Shown piece by piece: positions 11,421 to 24,639 of a DNA stretch of 64,000 nucleotides. Location: NCBI RefSeq assembly GCF_001194135.2, contig NC_069001.1, forward strand, positions 16,405,168 through 16,469,167, given 5' to 3'. The notes beneath the pieces were generated by a model that worked only from the letters and a program-made list of their open reading frames with translations, had not been told where the DNA came from and did not search any database. The translations under genes and the position numbers were made by a program. This DNA comes from Octopus bimaculoides. Its lineage: Eukaryota. The stretch's first letter is position 1; the number at the start of each line of letters is the position of its first letter.

Positions 11421-13500
11421 ATCATCATTTAATGTCCATATTCCATGTTGGGATGGTTGGATGGATGGAGAAGGATCTGATTGGCCCAGCAACTGCATTG
11501 TGTTCCAGTGTCTGTTCTAGCATAGTTATTACATCTGGATGCCAATCCTAACCCTAACCACTTTACAGTATGTATTGGGTGTTTTTTTTTTTTCTGTGAC
11601 AACTGCCCTAGTGATGTTGCCATGCAGCTTGCAAGACTACAAACCCTGATGGTTAGCTTTATGTTTGGAGATGAGGGGTAAAAGTGTGAGAGAAAGCGCC
11701 AGAGCAGAACTGGTTTCTCGCTGTAGAGGAACTGCATGACTACTTAAACTTTAGAAGGGAGGATTGGTAGTGATAAGGTGGGGCTGGAAAGAGATAAAAT
11801 ACTGGTGATGAGACGTCAGGATAGACCTTCAAGGTACATCATTCGTCCCAGTCTTTTGTAATTGTCTCTATGAGGTTCAATGTCCTGAAATCGGCTCACC
11901 ACACTTTGTTTCATGTTTTCCTAGGTCTCCCTCTTCATCAAGCTCCATCCACATTAAGTGATCAGCACTTCTGTATACAGCTATCCTCATCCATATGCAT
12001 CACATGTCCATACTAGCGTCATCTTTTTTCTTGCACACACGCACATATCTGATTCCTCTTATGCCCAGTTTTTCTCTCAGCACATTTACAGTCACTTATG
12101 CAATACTTATACTGCACATCCATCAGAGCATGCTTGCTTCATTTCTTTCCAGTTTTCTCAAATCCTCTGCATTCAAGGCCCATGTTTCACTTTCATGCAA
12201 CATTGCAGTTCTAACACAAGCATTATACAGTCTGCCAGTCACTCTAATGGAAAGTTTTTACTCTGGCTACTATACTTTCAGAGCAACCACCTCCTTTGCT
12301 AATTACATCTAGGTAACCAAAGCTATCAACTACTTCTAGTGAGCCATCTGAGTTAAGACAAAATATTTCTTGTGTGTTCATAGAACACACCACTTCAGTG
12401 TATCTATCACACAGCTTACATTCTTTGATAGTCTACCTACGATTCCACTACACTTTCTGTATATCCAAAGCTTCCATTAGGTACACTGTATGGAGTTTAT
12501 ACCAACTCCTTTTCTACATATTGAACAAGGCCATTTCCCTGAAGATACTAGGGTCCTGTTATTTACTTAAACTTTTCTCTTTGCTGGGTTTACCTTAAGA
12601 CCTCTCGATTCTAGGTTAAGTTTCCATGCCTAGAATTTCCTCTCATTCTCTTATAGATTCAGCTATGATGAGCTAAATCATTAGTATTAAGAGTTCTCAT
12701 GGAAAACCTGTCTTAAAACTCCTCTGTGATGGCCTGCAGGACTATGAGGAATAGAAGAGGACGGAGGACTGGACATTAATGAACTCTTACTTTCGTGCTA
12801 AATTTGTCACTGAAATCATTGCCAGCTTTCACTTTACTCACTGCATCTGTATACCTAGCTTGTACAGCCCTTATAAACCATTCATCTGTGTCTAGTTTCC
12901 TCAGGGACCACTAAATCACTGCGTGTGGTCCTCTGTCAAATGCATTCTCCAAATCAATGAAGGATAGAAATAGTAGTTTATTCTCCTGTAGTTTCCTCAT
13001 TAGGAAGATTCTATCTGTGGTCGATCCTCCTGGGACTGTCAAACTACATATCATCCAGGTCTACTCTATTGCAGATCAATTGTGCTATGATTCTCTTCAT
13101 AACCTGATCCATTAGTTTGATTCCTTTATAGTTACTCTAAGGTATCTCCTTTGCTTTTGTAGCAGTTTACAGCAATACAGCAATGCCAGTCGTTGGGTAT
13201 GACACTTCTTTCTATAACTCAGACTATTTGGGTGGTAATCATTCAATAGATATTTTGAACTCCTCTGCAACTATCCCTGCTTTCCCCTTCTTCATGTCCT
13301 TGATTGCTATATCTATCATGCTGTTGTCAACTAGAATCTACATGAAGTAACCCCTCTAGCCTATACATTCTCTACATTCAGCAACCTCTCACAATAGTGC
13401 TTCCACACCTCTAGACCTTTACATTGCTGGACACATGTAAATCTCTTCCTTGTTGCCTCTGTTTTAACCAAGTATACCTGTTGCCTGGTTTCCTTTCAAG
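11421..13500 (-). mobile_element. 5'-truncated decayed RTE LINE (RT domain to 3' tail)
   Basis: Minus translation: CYKSKGDTLE/NYKGIKLMDQVMKRIIAQLI, VPGGSTTDRIFLMRKLQE, FIDLENAFDR, W SLRKLDTDEWFIRAVQARY, PLLFLIVLQAITEEF. (CAT)n tail remnant at about 11421 in the same family as the young 3' ends. Confidence 0.9.
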
Positions 13501-13529
13501 CCATATGGTTATGCTCCTTACTAAATGTG

Positions 13530-13810
13530 CAATATGGCTGAATGCTTAAGAAATTCACTTTTCAATCAAGAGTAACTGTGCTCAGTCCCACTGTGCAACT
13601 TCTTGGGCATGTCATTTTTTTATTGCCTTAGGTCGACCCAAAACCATGAATGAAACTGGGTAGACAGAAATGGTGTTGAAGCCTGTCAGATGGATTGTAT
13701 CTGGAATTTTTAGGTTCTGCCTTGTCACATTGTGCCATGTTGTTTTCATCTGAGAGTTACTTTCGAGGTACATGTAACTGGGATATTCAGCCACTTACAT
13801 TAAATCAATA
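13530..13810 (+). mobile_element. SINE B 5' part followed by SINE C 3' part
   Basis: atggctgaatgcttaagaaattc...cagtcccactgtgcaacttcttgggcatgtc, then gccttgtcacattgtg...tattcagccacttacattaa. Confidence 0.55.
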
Positions 13811-13939
13811 AATGTGGTAGTTCAGTTGATTAAGCAAATAAAAGTTTGTGAGTGGAATTTCTAATCGAGATTGATTTTTATACAGCAGATATGAAACTGT
13901 GTGTGTGTGTACATATATAAAGTTGTGTGGTTTTTATGT

Positions 13940-15007
13940 ACAGTGCATCAGTTCTTTGAGGTCATTTTTATGAATTTAGAAGACATAGCTCATCAAAGAA
14001 AATCTGTATTTGTAAACAAATTAGTACAAATAATCACAAGAATCCTTTTATCTTACATATTCATTGAATCTACTGTTAGCATTAATGGCTGCTTCAATAT
14101 GGGGTTGGAAGCATTGACATGCCCAAATCTGATGATTTTTATCAATTTTGACATAGTACTGGTTATAGGGAATTTCCGAGATTGTATGGTGTTATGGGAG
14201 TGTTGATTGACCTTTCTCTTGACTATGCCTCATGTAATAGTCCAGTGGATCGAGCTCTGGTGAGCTAGAAGGTCATGTGTCTTGGAGAAATTGATCATGG
14301 AGATTGGCATGCATCCATGCTTGAGTTGTCCTGACCTTGTGAGACAGAGCAGAATCTTGTTGGAAAACATATGGTCTTCCATTGCATATTCTGTCTATAT
14401 AGGGCATCACAACTTTCTCTAACACTTTTGTGAAAAAAGTGTGGAGGCATGACTCCCAGAACCATAGCAATTGCTGGGAACTTAGTATGCATGACTGTTG
14501 GAACCTCATTTGAGTCTCTGCATAACCATCTGTCTTTCCTCTGGTTTCAATTAAAGTTTTTCTAATAGGAGAAAAATCAAAGCATTCAAGCCTCTTGGTG
14601 TTTTAACTTATTTGTGCACAACTCTTCTGATGGTGCATTCTGAAACCTTGAAGTCCTTTGCAATGACTTCCTGGAGTTTTCATTATTTCTTGGACATTTT
14701 GCATGAAGTTATATCATGTGATGGTATTAGGACCCTGTACATGCATTTTGCATTTAGTTGCTGATGTTGGATCCAGATCAGCAGCTTCTAGCTCCTTTTG
14801 AACTTTGTCAGTGAAGGATAAGGTAACTTTGAGTAAGTGAGTTATCTCTATATCACTGTGCTGCACTTTTAAAGCAATAATTACAGTGCACCTTTTCATT
14901 TGCTGGGTCATCCTGATGTCTGCTGTTATTTATATGAAAATTAAGAAAAAAAAGAAAAAGAATGGCTCTTGAAAGAGGTACTCTCAAAACAAACTGAAGT
15001 ACCTTGT
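13940..15007 (-). mobile_element. Second decayed DD37D Tc1/mariner transposon (different subfamily)
   Basis: N-term MTQQMKRCTVIIALKVQHSDIEITHLLKV; VMPPHFF; VFQQDSALSHKVRTTQAWMHANLHDQFLQDT*PSSSPELDPLDYY (37 aa between the D residues); C-term WACQCFQPHIEAAINANSRFNE. TIRs very degenerate. Confidence 0.8.
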
Positions 15008-15505
15008 GTAGGAATGTGACTGGTTGGTATGTTTGTCTCTGTATAAATACACAAGTTTATATAAATGTACACATAAATAATATAATGTTGTATGTATGGT
15101 GTGTGTGTGTGTGTGTGTAATTTACATGGTCATCAGCATATATGTATCTTGACTATTTTCAGAAAAGATGTCACTGTGTTGTCTATAGTTGTATATAACT
15201 TGGTGCAGTCTCATTAAAAAAAGTGGCATCTGAACAAATGAGGAGGGAACAAATTGAACAGAAGGAGCTTAGATAGTCTTGAACTGCCTGCATTTTTAGC
15301 ATTGAATTTATCTCCCATCTGTTGAACAAATAAATAGAATGCTTTACATTGGACTTGTCAGCCACCCCTGAATATCCCATTAGAATCATAGAACTTGTGT
15401 AATGGTTTTCTCTCACACACATGGGTTGTCTTGAAAGTAATGCAAAAGGAGTATAACTTTTTTTTTTATTAACTAACACAGGCTATTCAGATTCTTCCTC
15501 TATAT

Positions 15506-15810
15506 CAGTGGTTCTCAACCAGAGTCCATGTGACCCCTGAGGGTCCATATAAAATTTTTGGGGATCCACAATAGTATTTTAAGGGCCCCTGAAAAATTTT
15601 ACTTTAGATGTATGTATTGCAAGAAATAGCTAGGTTTCTTTCTCTAACATTCTACATAGTTCAATCTACGCAAGTTAATGGGTGAAAAACAAAATATGAA
15701 TTTTGAAAGAAGTATCTATAAAACATTGAATGGCTATGGGGTTACACCAAAATAAAATAGTAAACAAACAAAAGGGGTCCAAAGATTAAAAAAATGGCTG
15801 AGGACCCCTG
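15506..15810. mobile_element. hAT-type MITE
   Basis: TIRs cagtggttctcaacc and ggctgaggacccctg; exact 8-bp TSD ctctatat at 15498-15505 and 15811-15818. Confidence 0.9.
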
Positions 15811-15824
15811 CTCTATATAAAGAA

Positions 15825-16805
15825 AGGTATGACTCAACAGTCTCTCTCCATCACAAGTGAAGTATTTGTACCATCAATAACTCAGCTCTTGAATCCTCTT
15901 TGAAAAAATTCAAGTGTCACTTCTTCACGGCCACTTTCACTTTACCTTTGTCAACAAATTGTTGTCCCCAAGGACTCTCTTTCATTGGACTAACAAAGTG
16001 GAAGTCAGAAGGCACCAGATCCAGACTGCAGTAGATGGTGGACTATTAACTGGACCATTTTGCCGACTGTCCAATTTGTTGCTAGGGATGTGTGTGGTCA
16101 CATGTTGCCATAGTGAATGGTCAGATTCTTACTTGGTCTTTTCTTGTTAATGACTTTTCAGCTCTTTGAGTGTCTCAATTCACTGTTTGCTGTTCATGGT
16201 ACAGTTCTGTTCCAGAAAATCAAGGAGAATTACACTTGTCATCCATCAAACAATCACCATGACTTTGTGTCAGTTGCTGGCTCTTGAACTTCTAACACCT
16301 TGGACAAAAGGTGTGATACTATTTCACGGACCTAGTTTTGTTTCTGGATTATAAAGTTATGCTTATGTTTCATCTCCTGTCTTTCCTTCAAATTGAGTGT
16401 CAACTGCTGAGGCACCCACTTTGCACTTTCTCAAAGTCTTCCATCATCTGGAATGCATTTTGACAACAGGTCAACTGTACAGCAAGCTCATGGACTGTGA
16501 CTTCATTTGGTCCACTTGTTGATTCATGTCAGTGGTCACAGCTGATGGCTTCATACTGTAGGGTTTGTCTTCAGTGCTGGTTTGCCCTTCTTTAAATTTC
16601 TTCGTCCATCTGTGCACAGCTCTTGTCAATGATGTAAACAACTTGTAGCCTTCTGCAGATGTCAGACAGCCTTCGCCTTGCCTTCATCAGCAACACGAAG
16701 GAGAGTTGCTGTTGAAGATGAGTCATTCTACCAATTGTGGCAATTTGGATAACCTGTGAAGCCAAGCACACTTTTCATCACTTTTGGAACAATCCTTGTG
16801 TATAT
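15825..16805 (-). mobile_element. Decayed mariner (DD34D type) transposon
   Basis: Minus translation: VHRWTKKFKEGQTSTEDKPYSMKPSAVTTD (HTH), KWVPQQLT, YCSLDLVPSDFHFVSPMKES (YSPDLAPSDFHLF motif), EFFQRG/IQELSY*WYK. Confidence 0.8.
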
Positions 16806-17234
16806 GCATTTGTATGTATCCTGCTACAGAGACCGTGTCCAAATGAACATTGGGGCTCAGTGCAATCTTTTGGCTCATTAGTTTCTATCGACTGCTCAAC
16901 CCATGCCAGCATGGACAATAGATGCTGAACAGTGATGATGATATGTAATTATGTATTTATATATAGTCTGAAGATTCCCAGTCTGAGATGAAACCCGTGA
17001 TCACAGTGAGGGCATTGCAGCTTTCTATTTTCTAAAACTCTTTACAAATCTATTGAGTTCTCTTTTTTATAGAGTTACAACAAGTACATTGTATATTTGC
17101 CAATTAGTCTTGTGTGTTTGTGTATGTGGCACGTTGTCAGTGCAGTGTTTCACATATTACGTGGGTATGTAGCTATGGCGACCAACACAGCTACATTCGT
17201 TACGCTGCTGCTGATAACGATAGTGGTGTGTGTA

Positions 17235-17545
17235 GGTGAGCTGGCAGAGTCGTTAGCACACTGGGCAAAAATGCTTAGCGGCATTTCGTCCGTCTTTACG
17301 TTCTGAGTTCAAATTCCGTCGAGGTCGACTTTGTTTCATTCTTTCGGGGTTAATAAAATAAGTACCAGTTGAACACCGGGATCAATGTGATCGACTTATC
17401 CCCCCCCCCCATCCCGAAATTCTTTCATCTTTTCGGGGTCAATAAAATAAGTATGAGTTGAATACTGAGGTCAATGTCATCGACTATCCCCCGTCTCCCG
17501 AAATTTCAGGCTTTGTGCCCATAGCAGAAAGGATTATAATAATTA
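17235..17545 (+). mobile_element. SINE family A with internal tandem duplication of the body
   Basis: A-box-like gagctggcagagtcgttagc, B-box-like ttctgagttcaaattcc; block tttc(a)tc(t)ttcgggg..aataaaataagta..ttgaa occurs twice (about 17335 and 17421); ATT tail. Confidence 0.85.
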
Positions 17546-18369
17546 TTAGTATTTTTAATCCGATTGCTTGACCGATATCTTACTGGAGCTGACATTGGTT
17601 TTCAAACTTTTTGGCTCTATGGTTTTTGAAGTACAAGAAGTACCAGTCATATATAGTGGTTAATTCGTTCAACAAACACACACACATTTAGACTCTTATC
17701 TCTTCGTTCTCTACTTTCTTCTCTTCTGTACTTTTTGTTAGCATACTCTTTTTTTTTTTCTTTCCCTTTCTTGTTCTTATAAGATACATGTTAATAAATA
17801 TGCACACACACACACACACACGTTTCTCTCCATGTCACTTCACCCTTTTTCCACCCAACTTTTGCCATCTATCCCTGTTACCACAAGTTTCCAATACACA
17901 CACATACACCCCTCACACCTCTTTTCTCTTCCTCTCCTTACTCCTTATCTAGCACTTCTCCCTCTCTCTAGTACCACACCCATTTTCCTACCACGCCGCC
18001 TCTGGCTCTCTGTTTATCAGTCTGTAGTCAGCTCCTACGTCACGACCCCTACTCCCTCTGTTATAAACCAAACTACTTGAGATCTCTTGAAAGTCTCAAG
18101 GACGATATTATTAAATCCTACATAGAGAGGAGGAGGGGGTTGTTTAAAAATTGTTTTAGATTCTTGCCATTAAACCTTTAAGAAAAAAAAAAAACCCTTC
18201 CAGAATTTGAGGGTAACTCGTGATAGTCGACATTGGATGGAAGGGGTGAGGAATACCCGGAATTCGAGGAAACGTGTGGTGGTCGGTGTCTGCTAGGAAA
18301 AGAATCTTGTAATGGCTGTTAAATTCCTCTAGAGTGGTGTGGAAGGTTAGCGGTGGCTTCTCTTCTACT

Positions 18370-19420
18370 GTTGAGACCTAAGTCAATACTAATCTAGGCA
18401 ACTTATAACCAGGAGCATTCCAAACATGACCATCCCGTCTTGTAATATGCAATAAACGCACAACTTACATGGTCTAAGACAGTGGTAGGAGTTTTGGGAG
18501 ATGTGAGAGAAATTTGATTGCTATTTTGTAGCAGGTCAGACCACCACGTTGAGTTTCCCTCGTTGGTTAGTAGTAGTAGTAATGGTGGTGATGAATACTG
18601 TTGTATTGGTTGTGATGTGATGCGATGAGTGGTGATTGACTCTGGTCTTTTAGCTCCAACTCGATCTCAGTCGAACAGAACTATGATTCAGAGGCTTCCT
18701 AATTATGACCGCCTCGTCTGTACATCTTAAGGCTGGTTACTTGTGGGCGCCCTAATAACGGTTAGGGTCAGCATTCCTGCTGGTGGTTTAGTGAGGGTCA
18801 GGAGTTGGTGTTAGTAGTTGGGATAGCTCTGATCCAGCAGGACAATGAGGATTAAGGAGGTTCCAACAATGACGATCCAGTCAATTTTTTTTCTAGAAAA
18901 TGTATTCTCATTTTTAGAAGATAGTAACTTTCGATTTTAAGATTTAACTGTTATTTCTAACAAGTGGAGCAGCGTTGTAGAGGTTTCCTTGTTTCGGTCA
19001 TAGTTGTTGTTATTTAATGTTGGGTTATTACTCTTTCAGCAGGCCTGTATGGTCAAAAACGTTCCAGTCGTGGCCATCCAGTCTATATTTCAGGCATAAA
19101 TACCTAAAACCATAATCTTCCAATGTCATCTTTCTGTTGTTTTCTGAAGACTGTCTTGTTTGGTTTGTGGGTGCTTTTGGCTGTTATTTCTAGTAGGTTG
19201 AGCTACCGTGTAGAGGTATCCCAGCTTAACCTCAAGTTAGACCCGACCAAGATCTATAATTAAGGATATTCCAGCCGTGGTCATGTCGTTTTATGTATAT
19301 CCCGAGACCACATTATCCAACATGCCCTCCTCTTTCTTTTTAAGGCGGCGTTGGTGGTGGGAATTATAGTAGTGACGTTGTGGAGGGCAATTCCTAGCAT
19401 ATTTTGTATTAGAAGGGATT
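18370..19420 (+). repeat. Cluster of about 5 degenerate head-to-tail family D units
   Basis: Recurrent motifs ttcca(g)cc(a/g)tgaccatcc(c)gtc and ttggctgctatttctagcaggt at about 18420/18515, 18860/18945, 19070/19175, 19270 and 19300-19420. Confidence 0.7.
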
Positions 19421-19643
19421 TAAACTTCAGGTTCTCGTTCCTCCATCTCACAACCGCAGAATTTGATGAGGACAACCAGCAAAGAGCATGACATGTCTCT
19501 CAGTTTGTGTGTGCGCATGCGCGCGTGTATACATATGTATATAGAACTCGTGTGTACGATCGTATGTCTAAATTATACGCAAAATTTTACACACACACAC
19601 ACACACATGTATACAAATACATATGTCGGTCTTATACATATAT

Positions 19644-20038
19644 GGAGTGGCTGTGTGAGAAGTAGCTTGCTTACCAACCACATGGTTCAGGGTTCAGTCC
19701 CACTGCGTGGCACCTTGGGCAAGTGTCTTCTACTATAGCCTCGGGCCGACCAAAGCCTTGTGAGTAGATTTGGTAGACGGAAACTGAAAGAAGCCCGTCG
19801 TATATATATNNNNNNNNNNTGTTTGTGTTTGTGTGTCTGTGTTTGTCCCCCTAGCATTGCTTGACAACCGATGGTGGTGTGTTTATGTCCCCGTCACTTA
19901 GCGGTTCGGCAAAAGAGACCGATAGAATAAGTACTAGGCTTACAAAGAATAAGTCCCGGGGTCGATTTGCTCGACTAAAGGCGGTGCTCCAGCATGGCCG
20001 CAGTCAAATGACTGAAACAAGTAAAAGAGTAAAAGAGA
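19644..20038 (+). mobile_element. SINE family B, full-length young copy (likely octopus OR-type CORE-SINE)
   Basis: tRNA-like head ggagtggctgtgtgagaagtagc...ggttcagtccc, CORE-like gcaccttgggcaagtgtcttct, central microsatellite, tail gactgaaacaagtaaaagagtaaaagag. Family name is from recall. Confidence 0.85.
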
Positions 20039-20353
20039 ATATATAACTCTCACATGCATGCAGACACATTACAGTGTATGAAAGTCAGTTTTAATTAAAC
20101 AATTACCATACAAATATGTAACGATGTAGATTGGAAAGGAAACCTTTTTAATTATTTATTACCACTGTCACTATCATCATCATCACCACCGCCACCGCCA
20201 CCACCTTTTTTTCCTTGTCTTCCTCTTCTAATTTCTCTGTATCTTGTTTACTCTCCCCCCCCTTTCATACCAGCCAATTTAATTAAATCTGTCTTCGCTC
20301 TCCTCTCCTCCTCCCCTCTCTATCAGCTGTGACCTGATCTTGACTTGTCCTGC

Positions 20354-20393
<40 letters not shown>

Positions 20394-20837
20394 TGTGTGT
20401 TTTACAAGACGTTAGTTCTTCACACGAACCCCTCCTCCCCCCTTTTTACACACACAACACGTATCCACACACACACACACCCTCACTTCTTGACATTCCG
20501 TTACTTAACGCCGCCCTTTTCGCTATTTTCTGTGAAATATAACGGAATAGACATTTTAGCATTGTGTGTGTCTACATAACCGACATATGCACACATCATC
20601 TGTGTATGTATGTATGTGTGTTTGTGTGTGAATGGAATGATATCATACCTACATATTGCGTGTATATACATCTGTGTGTGATAGACACACACACACACAC
20701 GTTTCTGTTTTCTCACATGCATAAGTTCTTTCCAGGCTGGAGTACATTTCAACTTATCGACAAACCCTGTGTGTTTGTCTCTGTATGCGTGCGCGCGCCA
20801 CTTTCCTCTAATTCCACCATTTTACTGTCAATGATTC

Positions 20838-20926
<89 letters not shown>

Positions 20927-21431
20927 GTGTGTGTGTGTATATACATAACACGTTTGTGTGTGAATCTTTCGGGACTTCAGTATGCTTCCAACTAGTGTGT
21001 GTGTGTGTGTGTGTGCTTCCTTGCTCTGTTGGTGGTTTTTGTACATGAAACTTGATGGTAGAGGCTAGTCAGCCATCTCTACCACCATCACCACCACCAC
21101 CATCAGTCAGCCTGGTTGGTAAGCAGTAGTAATATAGACACATACACCCAAGCCTATATACACCGACTGACTGTCTGCCTTCTACTTCACAACCCCCGCC
21201 CCCTCTTACATTATACAGAACACTTGTTCAGTGTCTTGGAGAGACCGACCGACACAAATATATCTTCTATACATTCGCTTCCTTACCTTATTTATTTAAC
21301 CTTTTAACGATTTCTGCTAGTCTGGCCCCTATTGAATGCTCTGGGTTTCCAATTCAAATCCCAATTTGATGTATTTTTGCTTTACGTCTGGTTCTGGGTT
21401 GGTAATTTAATCCAGGATTTCTGGTATTTCG

Positions 21432-21650
21432 TCTGGCGGACAAAATGCTTAGCGGCATTTCGTCCGTCCTTACGTTCTGAGTTCTAATTCCGCCGAGGTC
21501 GACTTTGCTTTTCATCCTTTCGGTGTCAATGAAATAAGTACCAGTTGAGCACTTGGGATCGATGTAATCGATTAAATCCCTCTCCTGAAATTGCCGGTCT
21601 TGTGCCAAAATATGAAATCGTCATCATCATCATCATCATTATTATTATAA
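21432..21650 (+). mobile_element. SINE family A
   Basis: aaaatgcttagcggcatttcgtccgtccttacgttctgagttctaattccgccgaggtcgactttgc...; CAT/ATT tail. Confidence 0.85.
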
Positions 21651-22390
21651 ATACAGAAGTGGAGGGTTAATTTCATAAAAACTAGTGCACATGATAAAAT
21701 GTCTTTCACTGGTGTTTCATTACCTACACATACATACATGCATGCGCACGCACGCTTGTTTAGCCACGTCTCATCTCAGTTCTGACGTTCAAATCCTGCG
21801 AGGGGATCGGTCAGCTTTCCTTTTTTTTTCTCCCCATTCTTCTGTCATGGATAAAATGCCCTCCAATAGTTTGTTTTTAAAAACAAATAATGTTATTGTG
21901 ATCTTTAATTATAAGACATAATTAATACTAATTTCTCAGGTAGATTCGAGACCAGACATTTAAGTGGTGGTGGGGAGGGAAACAGTCGAATAAATAATCT
22001 CCACAGTAAACTTGACTGTCTCGTTTGGTGTTTAACAAAACCATACGTTGTTGTGGAAACGGAGATTTAAGTACGGTTTGCGTCTCGCAATTCAAAGAGG
22101 TTTATTCAACACACACTGATATCTGAAACCTCAAAATTAACATTGAAGGGAAGTAACTCCAATAAAATCAGTTGATTGAAATTTTTGAAAATATAGAAAA
22201 TACTGGATGTATTCAATTCATGCTGTAAACATAGAGATGTAGAGACTGATTATCGAACATTGACGATAGGGCTGAGGGGGGAAAACCTCAGGAGCGGTCT
22301 GTATACTAAAGACAAACAGTGCCATAAAAGTGATTTACAAGTTGAGTAAATCAATCAGTCTCTTCGTTGGACAAAATTACATACATACAT

Positions 22391-22741
22391 GCTATATTTA
22401 CTTGTGTATAAGTTGCACTATTTTATACTTGATTTTAACAGGCAAAAAACCTGGGGTGCGACTTATACACAGGACACGGCTAAAACTATGATGGGGGAAA
22501 CATTTGTACCAAGATTTAACATTAAATTAGGGGTATGACTTATACAAGAGTAACTTCGATAGAGTGTGTGTGTGTGTGTGTGTATACACACACACACACA
22601 CATACAAGATATTTACTCCATATTACTATGTCGAATATAATACAACTGGTAATTTTTTAAACTTAAAACTCGCCAATTTCTTTTACCTTTCTTGGTTTAT
22701 GCACTCGTCTATATCCTCAATTTTGACAGTTTTCGCATTTT
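22391..22741. mobile_element. pogo/Tigger-type MITE remnant
   Basis: Left end tatatttacttgtgtataagttgcac, internal repeats gtgcgacttatacac and tatgacttatacaag, right end taaacgagtaaatacgata; interrupted by (GT)n(AC)n. Confidence 0.55.
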
Positions 22742-22879
22742 AAACGAGTAAATACGATAAGCATTACAAATAGCTTTCTTCTTCTTTCTTGAATATTTTG
22801 TTTACGTGGTCTCTTTTTTTTTCCAACTGTCTTGGATCCGTCAGATCTCAAACCGTCTAACTTATGCCAACATGGAAGA

Positions 22880-23260
22880 TGGACGTCAAAAAGATATGTT
22901 TAGCCGAGTCGGCTCTAATTAAGCCATCATAAAATTCCATTCTCCTTTTAGCTTAAGCATTGAGAACCTTCGGCAACATTACCCATTGTACCCGTCACTT
23001 CTATTTAAAGACGATAACATTATGATTTGGGGTTGGGGGGGGGATTTGGTTGCTATTTCTAACAGGTTGAGCTTTTAATTGCTTTTGTGTTATTGTTTAG
23101 CCTCAGGGACAACCTTGATCAGACTATCAGTAAAGACATACTAACGGTAACCACTTCGTCGATCAATCGGTATATCTGAAACTACATTATCTACTTATGA
23201 AAGATATTAAGGTGGGATTTCAAGGAATATTTCACTGCTATTTCTAGCGTTTCTAGTGAC
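22880..23260 (+). repeat. Two family D units
   Basis: atttggttgctatttctaacaggttgagc (about 23045) and ttcactgctatttctagcg (about 23232). Confidence 0.6.
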
Positions 23261-23815
23261 TCTAGACAGGTTCCCACGTTGACTCGTCTATTTAAAATGT
23301 CTGACATTGTTAATGTATTTTCTGGAATTTTCTTCTTCCCCGTCTTAAATGTTGGGTCTGTCCCTCCCCCTTCCAGATTTTGGTCGGGATTGTTAAACTG
23401 TTTAGTGGGTGAAGGAATGTTATTGCCCCCCCCCGCCCCCCACACACATTATTTGCTTTTTCCCCTTTTATTTTAGAGGGACGACGGTTGATGGTGGTGG
23501 CTTCTGTCTGAGCGTTGTAGTTTTTGGGTGTTTTATTTTGGTCTGAGAATTTTTAACTGCGAAATGTAATATATACACACATGCACGGAGGTTAAACCCG
23601 GGCAATCATCCTCAACCACGAAAGATTTATGACGATTACATGTGTGTGTGTGTGCGCGCGTATGTGTTTGTCTATGTATATATGTGTATGTGTCTGTATA
23701 TATGTGTATATGTGTCTGTATATATGTGTATATATAGATATATCTGTGTGTGTATAAATGTTGTTTATGTAAATATAAGTATATACGTAGGGTTACTTTA
23801 AATGTTTGTATGTCT

Positions 23816-23846
<31 letters not shown>

Positions 23847-24639
23847 GAGTTGCTTGTTTGTGGTGCAGCTCGACATTATTTGAATGGCTGGTTTCCCGGC
23901 GGACCATTCTCCCCTTAAAACCCTAAATAAACCAATTGTTTTAAGTGTTCTAAGCTGTCCCCTCCCACCTCTGATTTTCCTCCACCACCACCATCATCCA
24001 TTCTTAGTATTTATCACCTCTTCCCGTACCCCCTTATTTTACCTGTTACTTCACCCCTCCTTTCTCCATCTTTCTCTACCACTTGTTTAATATCTGCACC
24101 TAAACATTTCCAATTGACCCCAGAACCTCAAATTTCCTTCACCCCCCCTCCTTGCTGCCACTAGTTTCGGGTAGTGGTGGTGGTGCTTGATAGCATAGTT
24201 GCCTCTCTGTCTGTCTGTGCCTATCCACTATCTCTCCTCTTGCTGGCCGTGATAATATATGCCGAAACCTGTACGTGTAGACTGTAGATACTTTCAGTTT
24301 CCACACACCTGTGTGTGTATGTAATAATTCATCAAAGGTGTCGAGGAGTTCTCTATTACAAATACGTAATAAAACAAATCCATGACTGCGTTCCGAAGTA
24401 GTACTGTGAGGTCTCAATGAAATCCTATCCACTGCTTAACACACACACACGCTGTATTTATATGTATATCACTCTTTCACCCCCACCAACTACCCCTCAC
24501 TTCCAATGTTCCTTATATTTTCCAGCCCCATACATCTTGAATCAAACCTTTATTTCATCCTATCAATTTTTCTTCTACCTCGTTTCTCACCTCCCTTTAC
24601 GTCCTTGTTTGTCGTCACCTTTTTCTATCCATGTATCTG

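Noticed and set aside
18370-19420. Regularly recurring motifs suggesting a CRISPR-like array
   Set aside because: Eukaryotic context, units are degenerate ~200-bp repeats with homologous spacers, and there are no cas genes.
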